DNA of 64,000 nucleotides, taken from assembly GCA_963729425.1 (NCBI GenBank), contig CAVSOF010000026.1, forward strand, positions 515,451-579,450, read 5' to 3'. Shown here one piece after another: positions 48,467 to 57,685 of the stretch. Origin of the DNA: an uncultured Alphaproteobacteria bacterium. Lineage in GTDB: Bacteria; Pseudomonadota; Alphaproteobacteria; Rhodobacterales; Rhodobacteraceae. How positions within the stretch are numbered: position 1 is the first letter of the stretch; each line of letters starts with the position of its first letter. The position numbers and the translations under genes are program-made. The notes below the pieces were generated by a model. The model was not told the origin of the DNA. It ran no database searches and saw nothing but the letters and a program-made list of their open reading frames with translations.

Positions 48467-49449
48467 GCGACCGCCGCCGCAAGCCGGGCGATCGTCGCTT
48501 CCTCGTCGGCGGGCACGACATGCGCGGGGACCGGGCCGGTCCCGTCGGGGCGCGGGCCGGCGAAGGCGAGGCGGGAGAGGATCGCGCGGCGCATCTCGCC
48601 GTCGTTCTGGCCGATGCCGCCGGTGAAGGCCAGCGCGTCGCAACCGCCCAGGCAGGCGATCATCGCGCCCGCGTGCCGCGCGGCGTGGTGCGCGAAGTGG
48701 CCACGCGCCGCCTCGCCCGCATGGCGCATGTCCGCCGCGCCGCCGAGCCCCCGCATCCCCGACGCGCGGTTGAGCAGGTCCGCCGCCCCGTCGATGCCGT
48801 GGCGGCGCGCGAGGTCCAGTACCGCCATCGCGTCCACGTCGCCCGCCCGCGTCCCCATCGGCAGCCCGGAGGTGGGTGAGAACCCCATGCTGGTGGCGAC
48901 CGAGCGCCCGTCCCGGATCGCGCAGACCGAGGCGCCCGAGCCCAGATGCAGCGCGACCAGTCGGTCGGGGAGGGCGCCCCGCGCCCGCAGCGCCTCGACC
49001 AGCCCCGCGTAGCTGATCCCGTGGAATCCGTAGCGCCGAAGCCCGCGCGCGCGCTCGGCCTCGGGCAGCGCATAGTCGCGCTCCTCGGGCGGCAGCGTGG
49101 CGTGGAACGCGGTGTCGAAGACGGCGATCTGTTCGATGCCGGGCGCGGCGCGGGCCAGCGCGCGCACGATCGCGAGCGCGGGCGGGACGTGGAGCGGCGC
49201 CATCCACGCCACCGCCTCCAGTTCCGCGATCGCCGCCGCGTCGAGCCGCGTCGCCGCCTCGCGCCCGCCGCCATGCACGATCCGGTGCGCCGCGCGGCCG
49301 GGCAGGTCCCCGAGCCGCGCGAGCAGTCCCGGCAGCGCCGCCACCGCGTCCCCCTCGGCCCGCGCCTGCGCCCGCCGCCCGCCATCCGCGCCGATCACCG
49401 CCAGCTTGAGCGACGACGATCCGGCGTTGACGACGAGCGTAGCGCTCAC
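48463..49449 (-). CDS. ackA: Acetate kinase
   Basis: LVVNAGSSSLK, HRIVHGG, APLH, VFDTAFH, RYGFHGISY, HLGSGAS, SMGFSP..GL.MGTR, FTGGIG, ADEE. Confidence 0.9.
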   Translation of the reverse strand: MSATLVVNAGSSSLKLAVIGADGGRRAQARAEGDAVAALPGLLARLGDLPGRAAHRIVHGGGREAATRLDAAAIAELEAVAWMAPLHVPPALAIVRALARAAPGIEQIAVFDTAFHATLPPEERDYALPEAERARGLRRYGFHGISYAGLVEALRARGALPDRLVALHLGSGASVCAIRDGRSVATSMGFSPTSGLPMGTRAGDVDAMAVLDLARRHGIDGAADLLNRASGMRGLGGAADMRHAGEAARGHFAHHAARHAGAMIACLGGCDALAFTGGIGQNDGEMRRAILSRLAFAGPRPDGTGPVPAHVVPADEEATIARLAAAVA

Positions 49450-51230
49450 TCGGCGGCCGTCTGCGCGCCCATACCCGGCGCCGCCACGCCCGCCACCCGC
49501 ACCGGCTTCTTCATCGCGTCGCGCCGGAACGGCTCGCCCAGCTCCTGGTTCAGCACGACCTCGATCACGGTGGTCTCGCCGCGCTCCATCTGCGCGCGGA
49601 TCGCCTCGGCGAGCGCGTGGGTGACCTCCTCCATCGTGGTCGCGCGCACGCCGATCAGCCCGCAGGCCTGCGCGATCCCGGCATAGCTCACCTTGGTGTC
49701 GAGCTCGGTGCCCACGAAGTTGTCGTCGTACCAGAGCGTCGAGTTCCGCTTCTCGGCGCCCCATTGGTAGTTGCGGAACACGACCTGCGTGACCGCGGGC
49801 CACTCGTCGCGCCCGATCGCCGTCAGCTCGCCCACCGCGATCCCGAACGCGCCGTCGCCCGAGAAGCCCACCACCGGCAGGTCCGGCCGCCCGATCTTGG
49901 CGCCCACGATCGCGGGCAGCCCGTAGCCGCAGGGGCCGAACAGGCCCGGCGCGAGGTAGCGGCGGCCGTGGTCGAAGTCGGGGTAGGCGTTGCCGATCGC
50001 GCAGTTGTTGCCGATGTCGCTCGACACGATCGCCTCGCGCGGCAGCGCCGCCTGGATCGCGCGCCAGGCCTGCCGGGGCGAGAGCCGGTCGGGATGCGCC
50101 GCGCGCGCGCGCGCGTTCCAGGTCGTGCCGGGATCGTCCTCCTCGTGGTCCATCGAGGTGAGCGCCTGCGCCCAGGCCGACTTGGCCTGCGCGATCCGGC
50201 CCCGCCGCGTCTCACGGCCCGCGTCGCCCGCGTCGTCCGACAGCCGCTCGAGGATGCCGCGCGCCACCAGCGCGGCGTCGCCCACGATGCCCACCGCGAC
50301 CGGCTTGGTCAGCCCGATCCGGTCGGGGTTCAGGTCGACCTGGATCACGCGCGCGTCCTTCGGCCAGTAGTCGATCCCGTAGCCCGGCAGCGTCGAGAAC
50401 GGGTTCAGCCGGGTGCCGAGCGCGAGCACCACGTCGGCCTGGGCCACCAGCTCCATCGCCGCGCGCGAGCCGTTGTAGCCCAGCGGCCCGGCGAAGAGCG
50501 GGTGCGAGCCGGGGAAGGCGTCGTTGTGCTGGTAGCCCACGCAGACCGGCGCATCGAGCCGTTCGGCCAGCGCGATAGAGGCGTCGATCCCGCCCTCGGA
50601 CAGCACCACGCCCGCGCCGTTCACGATCACCGGGCTGGCCGCCTGCGACAGCAGCTCCGCCGCCGCCGCGATTCCGCGCGCGCCGCCGGGCGAGACCTCG
50701 TGGACCACCGGCTCGGGGAGCGCCACGTCGATCTCGAGCGTCCAGAAATCGCGCGGCACGTTGATCTGCGCGGGCCCCGACAGGCGCCGGGCCTGCCCGA
50801 TCACGCGGGTCAGCACCTCGGCGATCCGCGCCGGGTCGCGCACCTCCTCCTGATAGGCGACCATGTCGGCGAAGAGCCGCATCTGCTCGACCTCCTGGAA
50901 CCCGCCCATCCCGATCGTGCGGTTGGCCGCCTGCGGCGTCACCAGGAGCAGCGGGGTGTGGTTCCAGTAGGCCGTCTTGACCGCCGTGACGAAGTTGGTG
51001 ATGCCCGGCCCGTTCTGCGCAATCATCATGCAGGTCTCGCCGGTGGCGCGCGTGTAGCCGTCGGCCATCATTCCCGCCGAGCCCTCGTGCGCCGCGTCCC
51101 AGAACGCGATCCCCGCCGCCGGGAACAGGTCCGAGACCGGCATCATCGCCGATCCGATGATCCCGAAGGCGTGGCGGATCCCATGCCGCTGGAGGGTGCG
51201 GACGAAGGCTTCCTCGGTGGTCATGCGCAT
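49446..51230 (-). CDS. xsc: Sulfoacetaldehyde acetyltransferase
   Basis: MRMTTEEAFV, FGIIGSAM, AQNGPG, SSDIGN, GDGAFG, FRNYQWGAEKRN, ELGEPFRRDAM. Confidence 0.95.
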   Translation of the reverse strand: MRMTTEEAFVRTLQRHGIRHAFGIIGSAMMPVSDLFPAAGIAFWDAAHEGSAGMMADGYTRATGETCMMIAQNGPGITNFVTAVKTAYWNHTPLLLVTPQAANRTIGMGGFQEVEQMRLFADMVAYQEEVRDPARIAEVLTRVIGQARRLSGPAQINVPRDFWTLEIDVALPEPVVHEVSPGGARGIAAAAELLSQAASPVIVNGAGVVLSEGGIDASIALAERLDAPVCVGYQHNDAFPGSHPLFAGPLGYNGSRAAMELVAQADVVLALGTRLNPFSTLPGYGIDYWPKDARVIQVDLNPDRIGLTKPVAVGIVGDAALVARGILERLSDDAGDAGRETRRGRIAQAKSAWAQALTSMDHEEDDPGTTWNARARAAHPDRLSPRQAWRAIQAALPREAIVSSDIGNNCAIGNAYPDFDHGRRYLAPGLFGPCGYGLPAIVGAKIGRPDLPVVGFSGDGAFGIAVGELTAIGRDEWPAVTQVVFRNYQWGAEKRNSTLWYDDNFVGTELDTKVSYAGIAQACGLIGVRATTMEEVTHALAEAIRAQMERGETTVIEVVLNQELGEPFRRDAMKKPVRVAGVAAPGMGAQTAAE

Positions 51231-51411
51231 GGCGTCGTCCTCCCCTCCCCGAGGTGTCGGGCGGGGGCGGGGCGCGGTCAAGGGCGGCGGCCCCGCACGC
51301 CAACCGGGCCGCCCTCCGCGCGGCGCTCCTTTCGGTTGCGTATCCGCATCCTTGGGCCATCGAAGGCCGCCGGGCGCGCCCGCGGACCGGCACCACAGGA
51401 GGAGACGCATC

Positions 51412-52087
51412 ATGGATATCGACCGACGCTCGATGCGGGCGATCGGCGGCGGAGCGGCCGCTCTCGGGGCGATCGGCCTGCCGGGCATCGCCCGCGCCGA
51501 GGCCCCGTTCGAGCAGCCGCCGCTGCTCCGTGCCGAGGACGCGCTCGCCCCCGTGATCTCGGGGCGCACCGTGGGATTGCACTCCGGCACGCATCACCGC
51601 GCATGTTTCGACAGCGACATCGTTCCCGGCACGGCCTACGCCGACATGACACTCGGGGAGGTCGTAGCCGAATCCGGCCGCAGCGACGACCGGACGATCT
51701 TCCAGCACGCCGCGCAGGCGTGGAACCACGTCGTCGACTGCAACCGGTTCGAGGGCGGCCCTGTCGCGCCCGAGGGGGCCTTCGCGGAGGCCGTCGAGCG
51801 CGACTTCGGCGGGCCTGACGGGCTGAAGGAGGCGATGGTGGACGCCGCGGGCGGCGTGTTCGGCACCGGCTGGGTCCTGCGCTGTGGCCGACGGCGACGC
51901 GCTGTCGCTGCGGGGTCTGGAGGATGCGGGCAACCCGCTGCCCGATGGACGGGCGACGCTCATGGGCGTCGACGTGCGCGAGCACGCCGACTACCTCGAC
52001 GACGAGAACCGCCGCGCCGAGCATGTCCGCGCGGTGCTCGACGAACTCGACGACTGGCGCTTCATGGGCGAGCGCATGGCAGGCCGA
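51412..52087 (+). pseudogene. Degraded Tat-exported Fe/Mn superoxide dismutase
   Basis: Tat-like DRR...ARA leader; LHSGTHH, AAQAWNH, FGTGW, DVREHADYLD (vs DVWEHAYYLD). Frameshift near 51882; CGA where the stop is expected. Confidence 0.75.
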
Positions 52088-52282
52088 GGGCCGGCGGGGG
52101 GGCTCGACGCCCCTCCGGCGCGGTCGCGCGACCGCCTCCCGGGCCGACGGGTCGATCGGCTGGGACCCCTCCGCGCCCGAGCCGGTGGCGGACGATGCGC
52201 CCCTCCGGCACGGGGCGCTGCGACGGCGCGCGGGGCTTCGACCGACCGGCGGAGAGTGCGGGGCGCGCGCGTCGCCCGTCGC

Positions 52283-53677
52283 CTACCCGAACACCCGCCC
52301 CAGCGCGCCGTCCACCGCGTCCACGATCGCGTCGAGGTCGTCCTTCGTGGCGATCAGCGCGGGCGAGAAGCACAGCGTGTTGTTGAACCCGGGCACCGAG
52401 CGGTTGGTGGCGCCGATGATGACGCCCTGCGCCATGCAGTCGGCCACGACCGCCTGCACGCGCTTCTCCTCGGCGGGCTCGCGGGTGTCGCGGTCGGCCA
52501 CGAGCTCGGCACCGAGGAACAGGCCGAGCCCGCGCGCCTCGCCGATGACCGCGTGCCGGTCGGCCAGTTCGCGCAGCCGGTCGAGCATGTAGTCCCCCAT
52601 CGCGGTCGTGTTCTCGAGCAACCCCTCGCGCTCGATGATCGCCATGTTCGCGAGCGCCGCCGCGGGGCCGGCCGTGCAGCCGCCGAAGGTGGAGATGTCG
52701 CGGAAGTAGTGCAGCGGGTCGTCCGGCGCGTCCTTGAACATCTCGAACACACGCTCGGAGGTCACGCAGCACGAGATCGCCGCGTAGCCCGAGGCCACCC
52801 CCTTGGCCATCGTCACGAAGTCGGGCCGCACGCCCCAGTGCTGGTAGCCGAACCACGTCCCCGTCCGGCCCACGCCGCAGACCACCTCGTCGATGTGCAA
52901 GAGCAGGTCGTAGCGGTCCACGATCTCCTGCACCCGCGCCCAGTAGCCCGGGGGCGGCACGATCACCCCGCCCCCCGCCGTCACCGGCTCGAGGCAGAGC
53001 GCGCCCACCGTGTCGGGCCCCTCGCGCAGGATCACGGCCTCGATCGCGTCGGCCGCGGCGCGTCCGTAATCCTCGCCCGACACGTCGCCGAGGCCTTGCG
53101 CGTGGCGGCGGTACTCGAGGCAGTGCGGCACCTCCACGAAACCCGGCACGAAGGGCCCGTACTGCGCGTTGCGCTGCTGCTGCCCGCCCGCCGAGAGGTT
53201 GGCGATGGTGGTGCCGTGGTAGTCGCGGTCGCGGTAGAGGATCTTGGACTTCCGCCCCCCGTGATGGCGGTGCGAGATCTGGCGCACCATCTTGAACGCC
53301 TTCTCGTTCGCCTCCGACCCCGAATTCGCGTAGTAGACGCGGGCGAGCCCCGGCATCTTCGCGATCAGCCGCTCGGCGAAGCGCGAGCCGGGGATCGAGC
53401 CCGCCGACTGCGCGAAGTAGTTCATCTTCACGAGCTGGTCGCGCACCGCGTCCGCGATCTCCACCCGCCCGTAGCCCACGTTCACCGTCCAGACGCCGCC
53501 CGAAACGCCGTCGAGATGTTCCTTCCCGTGCTGGTCCCAGACCCGCATCCCGCGCCCCTCGACGATGATGCGCGGATCGGTCGTCTCCAGTGGCTTGTGC
53601 GGCAGCAGGTGGTGCCAGACATGCGCGCGGTCGGCCTCGACGATGGCCGACAGGTCGTTGGGGGCGAGGTCGTCCAT
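52283..53677 (-). CDS. tpa: Taurine-pyruvate aminotransferase (class III PLP)
   Basis: VEADRAHVWHHL..HKP.ET.DPRIIVEG.GMRVWD, SGSEANEKAFK, DEVVCGVGRTG, MAKGVASGY; lies next to xsc. Confidence 0.85.
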   Translation of the reverse strand: MDDLAPNDLSAIVEADRAHVWHHLLPHKPLETTDPRIIVEGRGMRVWDQHGKEHLDGVSGGVWTVNVGYGRVEIADAVRDQLVKMNYFAQSAGSIPGSRFAERLIAKMPGLARVYYANSGSEANEKAFKMVRQISHRHHGGRKSKILYRDRDYHGTTIANLSAGGQQQRNAQYGPFVPGFVEVPHCLEYRRHAQGLGDVSGEDYGRAAADAIEAVILREGPDTVGALCLEPVTAGGGVIVPPPGYWARVQEIVDRYDLLLHIDEVVCGVGRTGTWFGYQHWGVRPDFVTMAKGVASGYAAISCCVTSERVFEMFKDAPDDPLHYFRDISTFGGCTAGPAAALANMAIIEREGLLENTTAMGDYMLDRLRELADRHAVIGEARGLGLFLGAELVADRDTREPAEEKRVQAVVADCMAQGVIIGATNRSVPGFNNTLCFSPALIATKDDLDAIVDAVDGALGRVFG

Positions 53678-53743
53678 GGCGGGCTCCGGGGCCGGGGGTC
53701 GTGCCGATCCTGACCCCCGGCGCGCGCCGAGATCAAGCGCGGC

Positions 53744-54448
53744 CTAGAGCCGCCCCTCGGCCCAGATCAGCGCGCCGAACGCCACCACGCCGAGCACCAG
53801 CGCGCCGAATCGGCTGTCGCGCTGCGGCGGCAGCTCCTCCTTGAGGACGTTGAGGATCACGCCGCCGCCCAGCACCGCCGTCACCACGATCACCGCCGTC
53901 TCGGGCACCTCCGTCGCCGCGCCGATCGCCCAGCCCCCGAGGAGCGCGCCCGACAGCACCCAGCGACCCAGCGCCATGTACCCGCGGCGAAACGATTCCA
54001 TCAGCCCGAAGTCGGTCGTCACCAGATGCAGCCCCATCGCGATCGCGAAGAGCACGAGCGTCCCCTCGCGCTGTACCAGCAGGTAGCCCGTCACGAGGTT
54101 GTAGACCGCGAACGAGGCGAGGTGGACGCGGAAGATCCCCGGATGGGTGTCCGCGTCGGTGTCCCGGCGGCGCATCGCGTCGCGCTGCACCAGCCGCTCG
54201 ATCCCGTAGAAGCCCACGAGCGCCGCGAGGCCCACCCCCCAGATCGAGAAGCCGAGCGCGGTCTCCTCGCCGATCAGCTCGGCCCCGTGCGCCATCTCCG
54301 GCAGCAGGTGCAGGAACACGTAGGCGATCGACGCCCCGCCCGCGAACGAGAGCCAGCGCGAGCGCGGCGCGTTCGACAGGAACGACAGGCGCGGCGTCGC
54401 GAAGTGTACCGCCACCAGCGCCACGGCCGCCACCAGCGCCGCGATCAC
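53744..54448 (-). CDS. Conserved multi-TM membrane protein (ZIP-like)
   Basis: RWLSFAGG.SIAYVFLHLLPE, HL..FAVYN...GYLL, AMGLHL..D, ILNVLKEELP. Confidence 0.7.
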   Translation of the reverse strand: MIAALVAAVALVAVHFATPRLSFLSNAPRSRWLSFAGGASIAYVFLHLLPEMAHGAELIGEETALGFSIWGVGLAALVGFYGIERLVQRDAMRRRDTDADTHPGIFRVHLASFAVYNLVTGYLLVQREGTLVLFAIAMGLHLVTTDFGLMESFRRGYMALGRWVLSGALLGGWAIGAATEVPETAVIVVTAVLGGGVILNVLKEELPPQRDSRFGALVLGVVAFGALIWAEGRL

Positions 54449-55704
54449 GCCGGAGCGCCCCGGCGCGCGACCCGCCGCCACAGGAGCGCGCCGCCCGCGA
54501 GCGCGAGGAACGGCACCATCGCGAGGTTGACCGCGTGCCAGCCCGCCACCGCGTCCACGGCCGACCCCATCAGCCCGCCCGAGGACAGCGAGCCGACCGT
54601 GACCAGCCCGAAGACCAGCGTGTCGTTGAGCCCCTGCACCACGCCGCGCTCGGAAGGCGCGTGCGCCGCCGTCAGCATCGTGGTCGCGCCGATGAAGCCG
54701 AAGTTCCAGCCGATCCCGAGCAGCACCAGCGCGAGGTAGAAGTGCGGCAGCGTCACGTCCGACAACCCGACCAGCCCCGCGAGCGCGAGGAACCCGAGCC
54801 CCGCCGCCACCACCTTCGACGCGCCCAGCCGCGAAATCAGGTGCCCGGTCACGAAGCTCGGCGCGTACATCGCCACGACGTGCGCCGACACGATGCTGGC
54901 CGCGTCCCCGGTCCCGAATCCGCAGCCGACGACCGCGAGCGGCGTCGACGTCATCACGAGGTTCATCAGCGCATACGAAACCATCGCGCAGATCACCGCG
55001 ACCGCGATCGTGGGCGAGCGCAGCAGCGCGCCCCGGCTCCGCCCGTGCGGCGCGGCGGGGTCCGCGGGCGCCGGGCGCGGGATGTCGAGGAACGCGAAGA
55101 GCCACATGCCCGCGAGGTTGAGCGCCACCACCGAGGCGTAGGTCCACACGAACGGGATCACGGAGGCGTCGGCGGTGAGGCGCACGAGCTGCGGCCCGAT
55201 CACCGCCGACAGGAGCCCGCCCGCCATCACGTAGGAGATCGCCTTGGGGCGGAACGCCTCCGACGCGGTGTCGGTCGCGGCGAAGCGGTAGAAGCCCAGC
55301 GAGGACATGTAGATGCCCGTGAGGTACGCGCCCGCGCACAGGAGCGCGAAGCTCGCCCATAGGAGCGCGGCCACCGCGACGGCCGCGCCCGCAGCCCCCG
55401 CCAGCGCGCCCAGCACGAAGCCGTACCGCCGCCCCCGCGCCTGCATCAGCGGGCTGAGCCACGGCGCGGTGGTCATCGAGCCGAACACGATCATCGAGAT
55501 CGGCAGCGTCGCGAGCAGAGGCGTCGGCGCGAGCGAAAGCCCCGCGAGCCCGCCCACGACGAACTGGATCGGCATCTGCGCGCCCAGCACCGCCTGCGCG
55601 GCGACCAGCACCGCAACGTTGCGCCGCGCGCGCGCGTCGTCGGGCATGCCGTCGGCCGCGTCGTCGGGCGGGGCGGAGGCGGAAGCGGCGTCGGTCGCGG
55701 TCAT
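54445..55704 (-). CDS. MFS transporter
   Basis: ARRNVAVLV.AQA, FYRFAATD, KAISYVMAGGL, MNLVMTSTPLA, HVVAMYAPSF.TG.LI.R.G, GWNFGFIG. Confidence 0.88.
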   Translation of the reverse strand: MTATDAASASAPPDDAADGMPDDARARRNVAVLVAAQAVLGAQMPIQFVVGGLAGLSLAPTPLLATLPISMIVFGSMTTAPWLSPLMQARGRRYGFVLGALAGAAGAAVAVAALLWASFALLCAGAYLTGIYMSSLGFYRFAATDTASEAFRPKAISYVMAGGLLSAVIGPQLVRLTADASVIPFVWTYASVVALNLAGMWLFAFLDIPRPAPADPAAPHGRSRGALLRSPTIAVAVICAMVSYALMNLVMTSTPLAVVGCGFGTGDAASIVSAHVVAMYAPSFVTGHLISRLGASKVVAAGLGFLALAGLVGLSDVTLPHFYLALVLLGIGWNFGFIGATTMLTAAHAPSERGVVQGLNDTLVFGLVTVGSLSSGGLMGSAVDAVAGWHAVNLAMVPFLALAGGALLWRRVARRGAPA

Positions 55705-56367
55705 GCCCCCGCCTACGCCCCGCCGCGCGGGCGGTCCAGCGCGGCGGGTGCCGCGCGAGCGAGTGCGGGGATGCGTGCCCGAGGGCGGGCCGCTCCTGCG
55801 TGGCCCCCCGCGGTCGCGCGCGGTCGGCGGAGGGATCGGGCCTTCGCTACCGGCCCTCCTGTCCTCCGTTCGGCCCGCGCGCGACGGCGAACCTCCGGGT
55901 GGGGCGGGGGCAGCCCGTCCCGACAGGAGGGGAAGCCGCCGCACCGTCGTATCGCGCAGCTACCGCGCACACCGTTCCCGGGAATCCCCTTCCATCGAGA
56001 TGGTCCACGCGCGGATGGATCGAACTCGGCGGTCGGTCACACGGAACGTCCGACCCGGTGCCCTTTCGGTCGCCGAGCCACGCTCCGCCGGTGGACGTGG
56101 CACGTCCCGCATGTCGTGGCACGACCCGTCGATCCGCCGACCGAAAGCCGCGCACCATCCCGCGCCCATCTCGTGTCTATCCGCGACGCGGCGCGCTCTT
56201 GCGTCCTGGATCGCCGACGCCTCCGCTCGCGTCGCACCGAGAACGACACCATCGGACATGGACGGGACGTCGATGCACCGGCTCGCTCGCGGTCCGGCCG
56301 GAGGAGGTCGGTCCCGGCCCCGACGGTCAGCGGCGCAATCCGCGCCGCCGTCGCCCGCCAGGCCGCC

Positions 56368-57612
56368 CTAGCCCTCCACCGGCGCGATCAGATGCGCGAA
56401 CGAGCCTTCCGCGAGCCCCTCGCGCAGCCCCATCGGCGGCAACGGCGCGCCCTCCGCGTCGCGCGCCGCGAAGAGTGGAGCCCCGGCCTCGCGCGTCACC
56501 GTCGCGTAGTGGAACTCGTGGCCGCGCCACGCCCCGGCGAACGCGCCCGCCGCCGCCTCGAGCGTCCGGTAGCCGAGGTGCAGCCGCCGGGCCGCGAACG
56601 ACGTCTCGAGCCGCACGAGGCCCGCCATCGCGTGCCGGGTGCCGTTTGCGTCCACCATCCCGTCGCCCATCACCATGTAGCCGCCGCACTCGCCGAACAC
56701 CGCGCGGCCGTTCAGCGAGGCAAGCGTGGGCGACGCCGCGAGCCGCCCGGCATGGAGCTCCGGGTAGCCGCCGGGCAGGTAGATCAGATCGGCCTCCGGC
56801 ACGGCCTCGCCGGCGAGCGGCGAGAACGTCGCCACCTCCGCGCCCGCCGCGCGCCAGCCATCGAGGAGGTGCGGATAGGCGAAGGCGAAGGCCGCGTCGC
56901 GCGCCACCGCGATCCGCTGCGCGGGCGGGCGGACGGGCATGCGCGTGGCGTCAGGCAGCGGCGCGGCGAGCGCGGCCAGTGCGTCGAGGTCGATCCGCGC
57001 GGCCATGGTCGCGCCCGCATGCGCGAGGAACGCCTCGAGATCGTCGCGTTCCCAAGCGGGCACGAGGCCGAGATGCCGCGAGGGCGTGGCGAGGCCCGCC
57101 TCGCGCGGCACCGCCCCCAGCACCGGCAGGGGGCAGGCCGCGCGCAGCATCGCCTCGTGGCGCGCGGAGCCCACGCGGTTGAGCACCACGCCCGCCACGC
57201 GGACGCGGCCGTCATGCGCCGCGAACCCGGCCACGAGCGGCCCGACCGACTGCGCCATGCGCGCCGCGTCCACGACGAGGACCACCGGCAGGTCGAGCAT
57301 CCGCGCGAGGTCCGCGACCGATCCCCGCCCGTCCGGCGGCGCGCCGTCGAAGAGCCCCATCGCTCCCTCGACAAGCAGGAGCCCCGGCCCCGCGGCGAGC
57401 CCCGCGATCGTCGCGGGCACCATCGCCCATGCGTCGAGATTGCAGCAGGCCAGACCGCAGGCCGCCGCGTGGAACGCCGGGTCGACGTAGTCCGGTCCCG
57501 ACTTCGCCCCGCGCACCGCGACCCCCCGGTCGCGGAACGCGCGCAGCAGGCCGAGCGTCACCACCGTCTTGCCCGCCCCCGAGGACGGCGCGGCGAGGAT
57601 CAGGCCGCCCAC
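56368..57612 (-). CDS. cobB: Cobyrinate/hydrogenobyrinate a,c-diamide synthase
   Basis: AAPSSGAGKT, KSGPDYVDP, EGAMGLFDG, SRHLGLV, LPGGYPELH, GECGGYM, GHEFHY. Confidence 0.93.
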   Translation of the reverse strand: MGGLILAAPSSGAGKTVVTLGLLRAFRDRGVAVRGAKSGPDYVDPAFHAAACGLACCNLDAWAMVPATIAGLAAGPGLLLVEGAMGLFDGAPPDGRGSVADLARMLDLPVVLVVDAARMAQSVGPLVAGFAAHDGRVRVAGVVLNRVGSARHEAMLRAACPLPVLGAVPREAGLATPSRHLGLVPAWERDDLEAFLAHAGATMAARIDLDALAALAAPLPDATRMPVRPPAQRIAVARDAAFAFAYPHLLDGWRAAGAEVATFSPLAGEAVPEADLIYLPGGYPELHAGRLAASPTLASLNGRAVFGECGGYMVMGDGMVDANGTRHAMAGLVRLETSFAARRLHLGYRTLEAAAGAFAGAWRGHEFHYATVTREAGAPLFAARDAEGAPLPPMGLREGLAEGSFAHLIAPVEG

Positions 57613-57631
57613 GGGCGCCGCGAATTTCGTA

Positions 57632-57680
57632 CGGAATGTGAAAAACGGCTTCTCGAGTTACCCCGAAATGTGAAGAACGG
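57632..57680. repeat. AT-rich 17-bp imperfect direct repeat between cobA and cobB
   Basis: cggaatgtgaaaaacgg (57632-57648) and cgaaatgtgaagaacgg (57664-57680): 15/17 identical, 32-bp period. Confidence 0.7.
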
Positions 57681-57685
57681 GGGGC

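Noticed and set aside
55895-55935. Cobalamin riboswitch near the cob genes (CTGCCCCCGC on the minus strand)
   Set aside because: Lacks the following AACTGT, the upstream AGGGAA/GGTG and the B12-box AGxCAGxAxACC elements.
56300-56340. FMN riboswitch-like CCGACGGTCA
   Set aside because: Only a short match, on the wrong strand for the MFS gene, and the other conserved RFN segments are absent.
57632-57680. Mini-CRISPR or dif site
   Set aside because: Only two 17-bp units with a 15-bp spacer and no cas genes; no XerC/XerD arm pattern such as TTATGTTAAA.
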